64,000 nucleotides of DNA from an uncultured Rivularia sp. Its GTDB lineage: Bacteria; Cyanobacteriota; Cyanobacteriia; Cyanobacteriales; Nostocaceae. Below, piece by piece: positions 21,402 to 34,330 of the stretch (its first letter is position 1; every line of letters begins with the position of its first letter). The notes under the pieces are model-generated. The model worked only from the letters and a program-made list of their open reading frames with translations. It was not told where the DNA came from and ran no database searches. The stretch covers positions 1,664,001 through 1,728,000 of the forward strand of contig OY762007.1 in assembly GCA_963665115.1 (NCBI GenBank), given 5' to 3'. Both the position numbers and the translations under genes were made by a program.

Positions 21402-22535
21402 TTAAGGATTATTATTAACTTCAGGTTCTAAACCATAACGACGTAATAGTAATTTACCTTGAATAATAGTATTACTAACCCGTATACCTTGAGTTATGCG
21501 AAAATGGTCAATATTTCCTTTATTTGTATATTTATCATACTGTATTCCCCCATGTTGTCTAAGAATCGCAGTATCACCATTTGACTCATTTAATAAACGG
21601 GTAACATTAGCTAAAGTTTCTTGTAATTTAACCCGCTTATGTTTTTCCCTCACTCTGTTGTAATCAGCCCTAAAACTATCTTGATATTCCAATTTAGAAA
21701 AAGAAATTAAATCCCCAGCTAGTAAATCATCTTTACACTGATTCCAAATTAGCTGTCCCCAGGTTGAAAGGGTCATTTTTCCATCAACTTCACCTAACAT
21801 AGTTTCGGGAATTCCGTTAGTTTCCTGGGGAGAAAGTCCCGCACCAGCGTTTAGTAAAGCTAGCTGCATTGTGTAAGGTTTAAATAAGGAAGTATCTACA
21901 GAAATTGGTAAGCGAGGAATAGTAATTAAATCGGATTTTTGACCTTCAAATATGTAAATTATTTCATCTGCGTAAAACATTCCAATGGTGTTGAGATAAC
22001 CTTGCAAACTCTTGAAACTACCCACCAAATTAAAACAAATTTTGTATTTGCTTTCCCTTAAGGGTGGAATAGTTTCTTGCAGCCAAACAATTAAGTCATC
22101 AATTCCCACAGAAAAATCTTCGGTACTCGCAGTAGAAAGTCCGCTGGGAGCATAAATACTAGTATTAGTTAAACCTTGTTTCCTGAGAAATGTTTCGACA
22201 ATTTGAGCGGTATTTTTACCTTGAATTGTATCGGTAGCAATCAGAAAATGGTAATCCTCTTTTCCTTGACTTAAATCTTCTTGGTAGACACCGTAAATAC
22301 CGTTTAATTCCGCACTTGCACGACGAATTTGGGGAATATTAACATTTTCTAACTGTACATTCGCTCTTTGTTCGAGATTATAAATAATCTTTTTGACATT
22401 TTCTGGTGTTTCTTTTTCCTTAAAATTGGCTGCATCGCGCAGTTGTGCATACCAATCTTTTTCTTCGGGGTTAGCGCGATTAATTTGATTTGTTAGTAAG
22501 CTGGTGCCAATGGTAGATAAAATTACGCGACGCAT
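21402..22535 (-). CDS. CARF (APE2256/SSO1393-type)-RelE fusion, Cami1-like effector
   Basis: STIGTSLL, SAELNG, TDT..G, NLVGSFK, YIFE motifs plus a ~95 aa RelE-like C-terminus (HFRITQGIRV). Confidence 0.75.
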   Translation of the reverse strand: MRRVILSTIGTSLLTNQINRANPEEKDWYAQLRDAANFKEKETPENVKKIIYNLEQRANVQLENVNIPQIRRASAELNGIYGVYQEDLSQGKEDYHFLIATDTIQGKNTAQIVETFLRKQGLTNTSIYAPSGLSTASTEDFSVGIDDLIVWLQETIPPLRESKYKICFNLVGSFKSLQGYLNTIGMFYADEIIYIFEGQKSDLITIPRLPISVDTSLFKPYTMQLALLNAGAGLSPQETNGIPETMLGEVDGKMTLSTWGQLIWNQCKDDLLAGDLISFSKLEYQDSFRADYNRVREKHKRVKLQETLANVTRLLNESNGDTAILRQHGGIQYDKYTNKGNIDHFRITQGIRVSNTIIQGKLLLRRYGLEPEVNNNP

Positions 22536-22614
22536 GATGTTTTTAGTTGATTATCTCTAAAATTATCAATTGTAAATAACTAAAGCTAATTAAGATGCTT
22601 GTTGATATTTAGTC

Positions 22615-24333
22615 TTAATTCGGTTCCCTTCCCCAAGATAGTTTTAATTCTTTTTCTTTCAAGTTTTTAATAAATGTTTGTAGTTGATTACCTTGCGATT
22701 GATGTTTCCAAGGAGTGCGATCGCCATGAAATATGGTTACAATTTCTAAGTATTGATTGTTTGACACGGGCAACATCCGATGCCAAACTGAACTGAAGAA
22801 TTTTGGTCTTGTATCACCTTGATTTTTACCACCGATTGCTGGAGTAGTCTTGAAAGTATCGTCATGAAATAATTTTACAGCTTGAGATGTATTTACAACC
22901 TTACTGTAAACTGTTACTCGGTTAGGATGCCAAGCTTCTCGCCAACTCATTGCTGATGGCGGTTTTGTACCCAGTCGATTCTTGCAAAGTTCGTATAAAT
23001 TATCCAAAAATTTATTTAACTCTTTCGTTGTGTTTATATTTGCCCAACTAGAGTTTAAGCATTCCCAATGACAACCAATATGTAAACCCTGAGCTAACTT
23101 GGGATAATTATGATAAAACTTTTTATGGGACACTCTGCGCCAAGATTTACCAAATCCACCCATAATAAAGCCGAATTTAAGTACCTGTTCGATAAAGCGG
23201 AGGTCTTCTCTAGATGGCACATTTATGTGTAATATTCCCTCGGTATCATAAGTCGGAGTAAGGTCGTTTTGGTTATAATTTTCCTCACATACTTCCCAGA
23301 AAATATTTACAATCCCGGGGTTTTCTGAACTACCAAAAAACTTATTTTCTACTTGTTTAATCACTTTTTCATGATTACAAACTCCACCCAAAAGTCGTTT
23401 GATATGACCTCTTAAAGTTGCTTTAAATACGTTAGGACGAAATTCTGGCTCATCACTACGTAAAAGCGGACTAACACCAAATCCATTAAAACGAATATTT
23501 AAAGGATACTCAGGTATGCTAGGAGGTTGTGAAGGAATATGACCACCCAATCCATAGCCGGTACTGGTTTTACCTCCTAAACCATTTTGTAATGCTTTCA
23601 ATAAAATTTCTTCAATTTCCTTCCAGTTAATATCGGTGTTACTGCAACTTAATTCAAAAGTACAGGTTGGTTGATAAAAACTAATACTTGCAAGGGCTTT
23701 AGGAGAACCTCCTCCTTCCACCTGACGTGTTTGTTGAGGATGAATTACATCAACAATGCGGTAACGAGTTTCAGAAATAACCTGCCTATTTCGACGGATT
23801 GAAACTTGTTTCGTACCAGCCCAATCTCCTATGGGATAAGCACGGTGAAAACGCAAAATTCCCGGAACTAATTCCTTATTGTCTCCACAGTATTTAATAG
23901 CTTGCTGTGGAGTACAAGCACGTCTAAATAATCCTTTAATACTGCTACCTGGAATAAAAGGGATTCCATTCTTTCCTAAAGCTGGACGGAGAATACTATC
24001 TTGACCGCAATTACTAAATAATCTAAACGGAAACTCTATTTTGATACGATAAGTTTTATCAACGATGCCAAGTTTTGGTTCTTTATGTTGATAACGCGGT
24101 TGGTTATTATTGTTGGAATTAGGATATACCCATTCATCACGCCATTGTTCTAAATCTTCGTTATTACCAGCGAATTGTAGACTACAACGTCCCGAAACTT
24201 GAGCGCGATACATCATTGGTATCTGCTCTATATTCATATTTAATTGAGAATTATTTCTCGATTGTTCTTGTTCAGTTGTACTTTCTGTTTCAATACCGAA
24301 TTGTTTCGCTACTTCACTAAGTCCTCGAATCAT
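22615..24333 (-). CDS. cmr6: Cmr6-Cmr1 fusion RAMP protein
   Basis: Two RAMP modules: GIPFIPGSSIKG..GLGGKTSTGYG and FRPNVFKATLRGH..GGFGKSWRR. Confidence 0.8.
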   Translation of the reverse strand: MIRGLSEVAKQFGIETESTTEQEQSRNNSQLNMNIEQIPMMYRAQVSGRCSLQFAGNNEDLEQWRDEWVYPNSNNNNQPRYQHKEPKLGIVDKTYRIKIEFPFRLFSNCGQDSILRPALGKNGIPFIPGSSIKGLFRRACTPQQAIKYCGDNKELVPGILRFHRAYPIGDWAGTKQVSIRRNRQVISETRYRIVDVIHPQQTRQVEGGGSPKALASISFYQPTCTFELSCSNTDINWKEIEEILLKALQNGLGGKTSTGYGLGGHIPSQPPSIPEYPLNIRFNGFGVSPLLRSDEPEFRPNVFKATLRGHIKRLLGGVCNHEKVIKQVENKFFGSSENPGIVNIFWEVCEENYNQNDLTPTYDTEGILHINVPSREDLRFIEQVLKFGFIMGGFGKSWRRVSHKKFYHNYPKLAQGLHIGCHWECLNSSWANINTTKELNKFLDNLYELCKNRLGTKPPSAMSWREAWHPNRVTVYSKVVNTSQAVKLFHDDTFKTTPAIGGKNQGDTRPKFFSSVWHRMLPVSNNQYLEIVTIFHGDRTPWKHQSQGNQLQTFIKNLKEKELKLSWGREPN

Positions 24334-24346
24334 AATATTTTATTTG

Positions 24347-24871
24347 CTAGTAATTGTGATTATCATAATTATCAGAACTCTTAATTTTATAACGTTGAGT
24401 CCACCAAACCAAAGCATCACATAATTGAGTCAATACCATTAAAGCAATGCGTTGTTGTTCGGGTGGCATTGACCAAATTTCTTTCGCCATTGCTTGGATA
24501 TTTCTAGTTTCTTCGCGCTGTTTTTTTTCTTTGATAGCTTTGAGCCTTTTTTTATCATTCTCTTTCTTTTCTGACTCTGTTAAATAATAAGTTACATCAT
24601 CATTTGGTAAAACAACATCAGCATTTTGTAAGATTTCTTCTAGTGTATCCCAGACGGATTTCCAATATTTACCTTTCGCTGGTTTCTCTCTACCAAGTCT
24701 GAGATGTTCTCCCCAAAACCTTTCTAAACCATATGCAACTGACATTCGCATTTTGTGCGATTCATTTAAGATGTCTTTAGCATCTCGATTTTGTAATACT
24801 AAAGTTTGAGCATAATGGTCAAGTTTATAAGGTTGCCAACCTCTTGTTTTGTTTGTTTGTGCTTGTGTCAT
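24347..24871 (-). CDS. cmr5: Cmr5/Cas11-like small helical subunit
   Basis: Positional call (between cmr4 and cmr6); helical, with YGLERFWGE and LVWWTQRYK. Confidence 0.6.
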   Translation of the reverse strand: MTQAQTNKTRGWQPYKLDHYAQTLVLQNRDAKDILNESHKMRMSVAYGLERFWGEHLRLGREKPAKGKYWKSVWDTLEEILQNADVVLPNDDVTYYLTESEKKENDKKRLKAIKEKKQREETRNIQAMAKEIWSMPPEQQRIALMVLTQLCDALVWWTQRYKIKSSDNYDNHNY

Positions 24872-24877
24872 AATTAA

Positions 24878-25729
24878 TTACTGCTGAGTAGATTTTAAAG
24901 TTACTTGAGTACGACCGAATCCGACTGATTCTAAACCGCCAAAATAGAATTCTTGGGTTTCATTCATATTGGAATCATTAATAAATTCTTCCCATTTTAC
25001 TGGCTTCTCATTGAAGGTTTTCCGTAATGCTATAGGAAAAGTCATAATCGTCCCTTCTGGTAAAGCTTCAACATTAAAAAATGCCCCACCTTTAGCTTTT
25101 TTCTGATTGTCTTCAAGCGCAACTCTACTTTGACGATAAAGTGCCATATCGTGAATCATTGAAATCTCTGTATCATCAACTACTAACAGTAAGTAACGTT
25201 CGGCATCACTAATCTCAGAAGGCATATATTCTTTGAGCTTTTCGTCTTTCTTTTCAAGCGGCAAAAATCCCAAATTAAAAAATAAAGTCTTGCTTGAAGT
25301 TTTGCCGTAATAACTATACGGTTCAAAATTATGTGGTGGTTTACCAGTTAATTTTTGATAACGCTTGAGTAAAGTTGGGCAAGAAACTCTTACTACTGGT
25401 TGATTAGGACAATAGACAGGAAGCCACAAAATGGAAGCATACTCAAGCTTGACTATACCTTCAGTAGTGGTATCCTCTTTACCCAGTTTCGCATCTTTTC
25501 CATACCAATATTCAACTGGGCTAAGTCCTTCTCGAACTTGTTCCTCACCCATTGTTTGCAACCGCATATCGCAGCGAAATCTCCCCCGAATCGAACTACC
25601 AGGAATAATCCCTGTTCTAGTAAATTGGTCGCGAAAAATTAAATTAAGATTACCCGTTTCTTCTCCAGCGCTAGCTCCAGTATACAGAGGTGCCAAAGTT
25701 TCAATGATGCCGTAGGCTTTGTGATACAT
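24878..25729 (-). CDS. cmr4: Cmr4 (Cas7-like RAMP)
   Basis: ETLAPLYTGA, IIPGSSIRG, EALPEGT, FGGLESVGFG. Confidence 0.9.
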   Translation of the reverse strand: MYHKAYGIIETLAPLYTGASAGEETGNLNLIFRDQFTRTGIIPGSSIRGRFRCDMRLQTMGEEQVREGLSPVEYWYGKDAKLGKEDTTTEGIVKLEYASILWLPVYCPNQPVVRVSCPTLLKRYQKLTGKPPHNFEPYSYYGKTSSKTLFFNLGFLPLEKKDEKLKEYMPSEISDAERYLLLVVDDTEISMIHDMALYRQSRVALEDNQKKAKGGAFFNVEALPEGTIMTFPIALRKTFNEKPVKWEEFINDSNMNETQEFYFGGLESVGFGRTQVTLKSTQQ

Positions 25730-25772
25730 TTTAGTTGTTAGTTGTTAGTGGTTAGTTGTTATTTATTACTCA

Positions 25773-28614
<2,842 letters not shown>

Positions 28615-28754
28615 TTATATTTATCAACAAAATATAAGCATTAATCTGTTTTTCTGCTTTAAGGCAAGTCAGCTAAATTTACTAGGCTTAGAAAATATGT
28701 AATTTAATATACATTGATACTTGTTGTTGCACAAGTCATCTAAATCACATTTAC

Positions 28755-29747
28755 TTAACATTTAGTCAAATGAATCAAAACATCAGCTAATGCTTGTACC
28801 ATCGCACGAGTTGATAAATTTTCTCCTCGCTCTAATCGATGCACGCTACCAGTAAGCAGAGATGTGCTTTCTAACAATTCGCTTGTATTCTCTTGCCAAC
28901 CGTTGCTAAACAAAACTTCGTCTTTGACAGCATTTAGCTGACTGTGAATTTTGGCAATGACTTTTAATCCTAATGTTTGACAAAAATCTTCCCACTCTGC
29001 AAATTTACTCGTGTCTCCCGACAAAATAACTGCGTGGGTTGCTGGTTGCATAATTAGCTTGTTTTCGTCGGTAATTTTGCCACCAACGTCAATGATATTT
29101 ATTAATTGGTTCACACTCTTTACCCATTGTGCAGCTTCTATCGCAAATTTTGGGGTCACAGGTGCTTTATTTCTGCGTTTGCAATCCTTTGCTACTTGCT
29201 CGTTATTTTCGTAAGCTTCTTGATGCCAAGACCCTTCTCCATCAGGGCAAGCCGTGATTATATATGGATAAGGTGCCCCAAAATTACTGAAAATAGCTCT
29301 TTTTAAGCCATCCCTTAAGCATGATTTTCCCGATTGTGGAGGACCGCATAAAACGACTCTGATGGGAGAAAAACTTTCTTCTGGAAATTCTTGGGTTTCA
29401 ATCAAATCTCCTACTTGATATTCTGTGGAGCCGTGTACGGAGGTAACAATATAAACTTTGTGCCTGATAGCACCATCTGCTGTACTAATTTTACTACTCA
29501 GTTTGGGGTCGAGTACGGCGACTGCTTCGTATAAATGTACGAGTTTATGGGAAAGAATATAAGCAACGGGAACTGATTGCGGCCCATCAATTAAGATGCG
29601 CTTGCCTCCGGAAATCTCACCAGAATCAATCATTTGGTTGATTCGAGAGAGTGCGTCTTTAGCAATGCGATCGCCTTGTGCGGGAACGTTACGATTAAAA
29701 CCAACGTGCAATACGTCTCCTTCTAATTTAATTTGGTAGCTTTGCAT
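28755..29747 (-). CDS. csx3: Csx3 (Crn3 ring nuclease-like) fused to a P-loop NTPase
   Basis: N-terminal ILIDGP..LSH..AVLDPKL..VTSVH; C-terminal GPPQSGKS, ACPDGEGSW, IIDVGGK. Confidence 0.8.
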   Translation of the reverse strand: MQSYQIKLEGDVLHVGFNRNVPAQGDRIAKDALSRINQMIDSGEISGGKRILIDGPQSVPVAYILSHKLVHLYEAVAVLDPKLSSKISTADGAIRHKVYIVTSVHGSTEYQVGDLIETQEFPEESFSPIRVVLCGPPQSGKSCLRDGLKRAIFSNFGAPYPYIITACPDGEGSWHQEAYENNEQVAKDCKRRNKAPVTPKFAIEAAQWVKSVNQLINIIDVGGKITDENKLIMQPATHAVILSGDTSKFAEWEDFCQTLGLKVIAKIHSQLNAVKDEVLFSNGWQENTSELLESTSLLTGSVHRLERGENLSTRAMVQALADVLIHLTKC

Positions 29748-29789
29748 ACTTTGTATTTCTCTGACTACTGGTTTACTATGACATGGAAG

Positions 29790-29807
29790 TGGAATAGGCG
29801 TATTCCA
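29790..29807. promoter_or_regulatory. Palindromic operator TGGAA-N8-TTCCA upstream of csx3/cmr
   Basis: TGGAATAGGCGTATTCCA, followed on the minus strand by TGtCATAGT (extended -10-like). Confidence 0.7.
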
Positions 29808-29956
29808 TATTTGTAGAAGGTAGCTTTGCTAAATCACAATGTGAAGTGATGATTTCACATTGCTGGAGACGTAGCAGTGCTACGTCTCTACAAGGGTTTT
29901 GTGTTTCATACAAAATGTAGGTGATTATAATTTATCTTTGATTTAATCTACATTCT

Positions 29957-31403
29957 TTACCAAACAATAAAATCCGAATTATCAAAATCTTGCTCTTCAA
30001 AATCTTGACTTTCAAAATCCGAATTTTGAACGACTTGCTCCGAACTATTCAACCCACAAAAATAACAATCATCCGTCTGTAAATATGTGGTATCAGTTTT
30101 ACGCCATTCGCTATTGGGAAACTCATAAATCCAATCAATACCAGAATCCACATTCATAAAACCGCTTACTATACCGTGAATCACTCCCACAGCGGTACTT
30201 GCACAAATACTATTCAACCAAAATACTGAGGGGGTCATTTACTCCTTCTAAATAACCCGCATTTTCAGCCATATGATTAATTTCTGATGGTGCAGACTCT
30301 AAAGCAGCGCGTTGTAAGTTGATGATGTTACCGCACATTAAACACCAATCACCACCCACAGGAGGAATTGTGATTCTACAGTACATTCGCGGTGTTCCAT
30401 CTGATTTCACGTCGATGTGAGTCCCCAAGCATACCAAAGGACGCATATACTTTAATGCAACTTCTTGAGCAGTTTTGCGAGAAAGATGATTATCAGTAGC
30501 AACTATAATCAAATCGCAATTAGCTATTTCTTGCGTGGCTGTTTCGGCTTCAATAGCAGTCGATATGGTTTTGACATGAGAACCACAAGCGTAAATTTTT
30601 TTAATCAAATGCTTGACATAATGGACTTTGTGCCAATTCTGCTCGACCATTTCTTGAGTTGCACCCGTCATCCGATTTAAGTTGACTTGCTCTAATTTAT
30701 CGGGGTCAACCAGCACCCAATTTTTGACACCCAGACGACCTAATAATTCCGCAAAAATAGAACCAATTCCACCACAACCGATTAATCCTACTTTCAATTG
30801 ATTCAAAGTTTTTTGATTGGTTTCCCCAAATGTTTTTTGACGAGCGAACATTAAATTAGGGTTGTCAAAAATATTTTCAGAATCAGAGATTTCAAATAAT
30901 GAATTACAAAAATCAACCTGCTGAAATTCTCTTCCCTTCCTATCCCATATCCGAAACTTACAATTATCTAAGCCTTCATCAAACACACCCGAAACCAAAC
31001 GGGGTTTTTCAGGGAAATGAGATGCAATAAACTTTGCATATTCTGATTCATAACGGTTATCAACATAAGAAAACTCAGGAATACCCACACCAGCATGAGT
31101 ATGAATATGGACTATATCCAAACCGGGGAATAGATGATTTTCTAACAGATAAGAATGGAAACGTTGAGTTAAAACCAAACCATCGGTAGATTGATGTTCG
31201 TAGCATTCAGAAGTTGGAACAACCCAAGTCTTGGGAATATATCTAACTTTGCGTTTTGAAACCTGATGACGCTGACAAAATAGAAAACCAATTACTTCTT
31301 CGTTGAACATCCGAGAAGAGAGCATCGATTTTTGAAAATCAGACCACATTTTTGGTGGTACATGAAGAGAAAATTTAGTATTCATGGTTAGTTGATGATC
31401 CAC
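29957..31403 (-). CDS. JAB/MPN peptidase - ThiF/E1 fusion (one +1 frameshift near 30232)
   Basis: EEVIGF..HIHTH..FSYVD (JAB); GCGGIGS, VDPD..NLNR, ATDN..SR, CLMC and CYFC (E1). Removing one C gives NDPSVFWLN. Confidence 0.88.
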
Positions 31404-31458
31404 ACCCGACCGGTGAAAGTTGTTAGTTGATAGTTGTTAGTTGATAGTTTAGATTTAT

Positions 31459-31527
31459 GGTGCGTGACGGTAATTTCAAATGATTTTGTTACAAGTGATA
31501 AGTTATCGTAACCGTCACACACCCTAC
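31459..31527. repeat. GTAGGGTG..ACCGTCACGCACC REP-like element (copies 45225-45292, 48140-48210, partial 11918-11932)
   Basis: Shared termini and internal GTGACGG/CCGTCAC inverted repeat; the three full copies abut heptamer arrays. Confidence 0.75.
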
Positions 31528-31569
31528 AAAAATAAATATCCTACTTCTTACTTATTACTTCTTACTTAA

Positions 31570-32055
31570 TTAATCGTCACTATTAATCGCATGACGTGCT
31601 GTTACAAACAATGTCGTGAGATTGTGACCGTTTTCCGCATTATTACTAGGTCGCCAAGAATTCAACCAAACATCGTGATTAAATCCTCCTCCCAATCCGA
31701 CACAATACCAATACCATCCTTGTTCGCTTAAAAATGGGGCACCGTAATAGCTTTGTCTGGTAAAATGATGGTCGCCTTCTCCTACAGTATTCCAAGGATA
31801 ATTTAGATAGCAGCCAATCGGAGGAAGTCGAGGGTAATCTGACGGTAATAGAAACAAAACATCAGTATTGGAAACCTTAAATTTTTGAGAAGATAAAGGC
31901 ATTCCCTTAATCAAAACAGCAGTATATCTAGTATCACCAACAGTCTTGCTACCAACGATTATATTTTTAGCAACTTTTTCTAATAGCTTAAGTTCTTCTA
32001 TAATTCGCGAACTAGGTTTAAATCCCGATTTATCTTTACTAATTGTAATTGCCAT
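31570..32055 (-). CDS. Prokaryotic E2/UBC-like protein
   Basis: VLFLLPSDYPRLPP (UBC-type YP..PP), WYWYC, W.P...NL.T motifs; lies between Ubl and E1. Confidence 0.8.
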   Translation of the reverse strand: MAITISKDKSGFKPSSRIIEELKLLEKVAKNIIVGSKTVGDTRYTAVLIKGMPLSSQKFKVSNTDVLFLLPSDYPRLPPIGCYLNYPWNTVGEGDHHFTRQSYYGAPFLSEQGWYWYCVGLGGGFNHDVWLNSWRPSNNAENGHNLTTLFVTARHAINSDD

Positions 32056-32094
32056 ATCTCACCTCATTACTTCTTACTTTTTACTTCTTACTTT

Positions 32095-32301
32095 TTACTT
32101 TTTACTTCCTTTCACAATCTTCGGTACAGTCCAAACCTTTGAACCTTCCTTCAATGCTTCATTACTTTTCAACGGACGAGTACCACCGAAACCTTCTTCC
32201 ATCACATCATCTTGACCAATTTCTGGTAGTTTTTTTCGTAATTCTTCAACAGTTGCACCTTTGGGTAAATCGACTAATTTACCGTTAACAATTGCTCTCA
32301 T
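32095..32301 (-). CDS. Ubiquitin-like beta-grasp (ThiS/MoaD-fold) protein
   Basis: 68 aa; IVNGK.V.LP.GATV.EL and L.EG.KV..VP..VKG with an SKK tail; AGGA SD upstream. Confidence 0.8.
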   Translation of the reverse strand: MRAIVNGKLVDLPKGATVEELRKKLPEIGQDDVMEEGFGGTRPLKSNEALKEGSKVWTVPKIVKGSKK

Positions 32302-32473
32302 TTAATTTCCTCGCTTTGTTCTAATTATTTGGTTAATGGTAATTTAAAATCTCCCTCAGACTATAAGTCTGGGGCTACAGAAACCAAGTCCACCTGCGTG
32401 GACTATTATTATTTGAAAGATATTTTCTGGTTCCCAGGTTCTACCTGGGAATTAGTGTTTGAAGGCTCTGCCT

Positions 32474-32821
32474 TCAGTCCGCAGAGAATGGTGCAATATA
32501 TGAGTATACTTGTTTTGGAATCTGGCTATTGTCATCTTTTTGTTGATTATTCATACCAGAAATAGACCATACAAAAAGTAACGCAATAATGCTGCCTATC
32601 TTAATAAATGATATTTGTTTTGATTGCTTTGATGTCAATTCTTCAAGAAAACCTATTCGCTGTTCGAGTTTTTGCAAATATTGTAAATTATCTTGACTGC
32701 TAATGTGAGTTAATTGAGATTGTAGATACTCACAACGTCGATTGATATACTCAATATTGTGCGTTATTTCATCAAATTGATTTAGTTTTTGATTGGTTAG
32801 CTTCCCGTTTACTGTTTCCAT
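32474..32821 (-). CDS. Coiled-coil protein with one transmembrane helix
   Basis: Heptad-rich N-terminus, IGSIIALLFVWSISG TM segment, GGAG SD. Confidence 0.6.
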   Translation of the reverse strand: METVNGKLTNQKLNQFDEITHNIEYINRRCEYLQSQLTHISSQDNLQYLQKLEQRIGFLEELTSKQSKQISFIKIGSIIALLFVWSISGMNNQQKDDNSQIPKQVYSYIAPFSAD

Positions 32822-32863
32822 AAATAACTCCCTTGATTTTTTATTTATTTCAACTATGTTTAC

Positions 32864-33439
32864 TCATGCATCAAAAATATTTGCATGACCAATTCGATGA
32901 AAATTCTCATTAGAATTATGTGGGTCAAATTCATCAAATACCTCAGTTAAATCCACCACGCTATTAGCTGAATTCTTTAACTCGCTTCCTAAAGATTGTT
33001 CGACTGAAGCAACCTCAACTCTTATTCCTCTTCTTCTTAATTTTTGTGCTAAATAAGCAAAATCCGAATCACCCGTCACCAAAACCACAATATCTGGTTT
33101 AATTTCTAAAGCTAATTCCATCGCGTCTATTGCCATCACTACATCAACATTATTTTCATAACCATCTCCTTTGGCTTTACCTTCTTTTGTAACAATTAAA
33201 AATCCATTACTCTTAGCCCAATAAATAAATTTTTCTTTGCTTTTTCGCTGCTCTTCAAATCTATCTTTAGCAGGGGGTAGACCAAAATAAATCACCATTT
33301 CGATTAGTTCTCTACCTTCTTTGGGGTCAGCTAAATAATCCCGCATTTTATGCCAGTTTATTCTACGATTAAAGCTTTGTGCTGCCATAAAAGCGTTATC
33401 ACCATCAGCTATAATCATGACTCGATGAAGATTTCTCAT
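32864..33439 (-). CDS. NYN (LabA/DUF88, PIN-like) domain RNase
   Basis: IADGDN, NVDVVMAIDA, LVTGDSDF, S.EL...A motifs. Confidence 0.9.
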   Translation of the reverse strand: MRNLHRVMIIADGDNAFMAAQSFNRRINWHKMRDYLADPKEGRELIEMVIYFGLPPAKDRFEEQRKSKEKFIYWAKSNGFLIVTKEGKAKGDGYENNVDVVMAIDAMELALEIKPDIVVLVTGDSDFAYLAQKLRRRGIRVEVASVEQSLGSELKNSANSVVDLTEVFDEFDPHNSNENFHRIGHANIFDA

Positions 33440-33497
33440 TCGATTTTTAACCTTGTTTTGGGTTTTTGTTTTCTTGATTACAATTTAAACCGATTGG

Positions 33498-33515
33498 TGG
33501 AATAGGCTCTTTCCT
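33498..33515. promoter_or_regulatory. Operator copy upstream of the NYN-Ubl operon
   Basis: TGGAATAGGCTCTTTCCT; TAAATT lies 10 nt downstream on the minus strand. Confidence 0.65.
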
Positions 33516-33560
33516 TTATTTTTTTCAATTACTAAATAAGTGGAGCAAGTGCAAATAGAA

Positions 33561-33726
33561 AACCTCACCCTCAATCCCTCTCCTTATTAAGGAGAGGGAA
33601 GCCGGAGCTAGGATAAGGGTCAAAAACGGGTCTAAAATTTCTGAAACCTATATGGACACTCAGATATCCCTCTCCTTGATAAGGAGAGGGAAAGATTTTT
33701 ACGTAGTAAAAAGCGAGGGTGAGGTT
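33561..33726. mobile_element. MITE-like repeat with 12 bp terminal inverted repeats (partial copy ~10881-10922)
   Basis: AACCTCACCCTC..GAGGGTGAGGTT ends and two internal CCCTCTCCTT..AAGGAGAGGG hairpins. Confidence 0.7.
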
Positions 33727-33747
33727 GAGCGGTTTCTTATCAATCAA

Positions 33748-33765
33748 TGGAAAACGTTATTTCCA
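33748..33765. promoter_or_regulatory. Operator copy upstream of the DUF4112 operon
   Basis: TGGAAAACGTTATTTCCA; TAAAGT lies 9 nt downstream on the plus strand. Confidence 0.65.
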
Positions 33766-33823
33766 CTAGCTGATTAAAGTAAATACATGAAATCAAGAAA
33801 GCACAATAAATTTACTACTAATT

Positions 33824-34276
33824 ATGGATATCAATAAATCCTTACCTGTGAAGATTCAAGCTCATGAAGCAAATTTAATTCAAACTAAAAATGAAATTCA
33901 GAAGTTTATCAAAATGTCTGAGGGTTTATTGTTTGACCAAGTTGGGCTGGATGCTCTTATTGGAGCGATTCCTGGAGTCGGGGGAATGTATACGGGAATA
34001 ATGGGTATTTGGCTACTATTACAATCCTACAAAGTACGAGCCGAAAACGAGGATAAATTAATGATTGTTGCTCTTACTTTTGTTGATGTAGTGGTAGGAA
34101 TAGTCCCTATTTTTGGCGACATTATCGATACATTTTTACGAGTTCATGCTTTGAATGGTAGTCGCTTGATTACACATATCGATAAACAACTTTCATTAAT
34201 TGAAAATACTAGAGAACAGTTAAATCAAGGTTTTAATCCCGATTTAAGTTCGTTGGAAAACCTATTGCTCCGATAA
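33824..34276 (+). CDS. DUF4112 membrane protein
   Basis: GLDALIGAIPGVG and D.VVG.VP.FGD..D motifs. Confidence 0.8.
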   Translation: MDINKSLPVKIQAHEANLIQTKNEIQKFIKMSEGLLFDQVGLDALIGAIPGVGGMYTGIMGIWLLLQSYKVRAENEDKLMIVALTFVDVVVGIVPIFGDIIDTFLRVHALNGSRLITHIDKQLSLIENTREQLNQGFNPDLSSLENLLLR

Positions 34277-34330
34277 TTCTGAACTTGAAAATAACGCTTG
34301 CTTTATCTAACTAAAAAGGAAAATAGTCAA

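Noticed and set aside
29957..32301. CBASS Cap2/Cap3, or thiamine/molybdopterin ThiS-ThiF genes
   Set aside because: No CD-NTase or cofactor-biosynthesis genes nearby; a free Ubl, an E2 and a JAB-E1 fusion fit a conjugation operon better.
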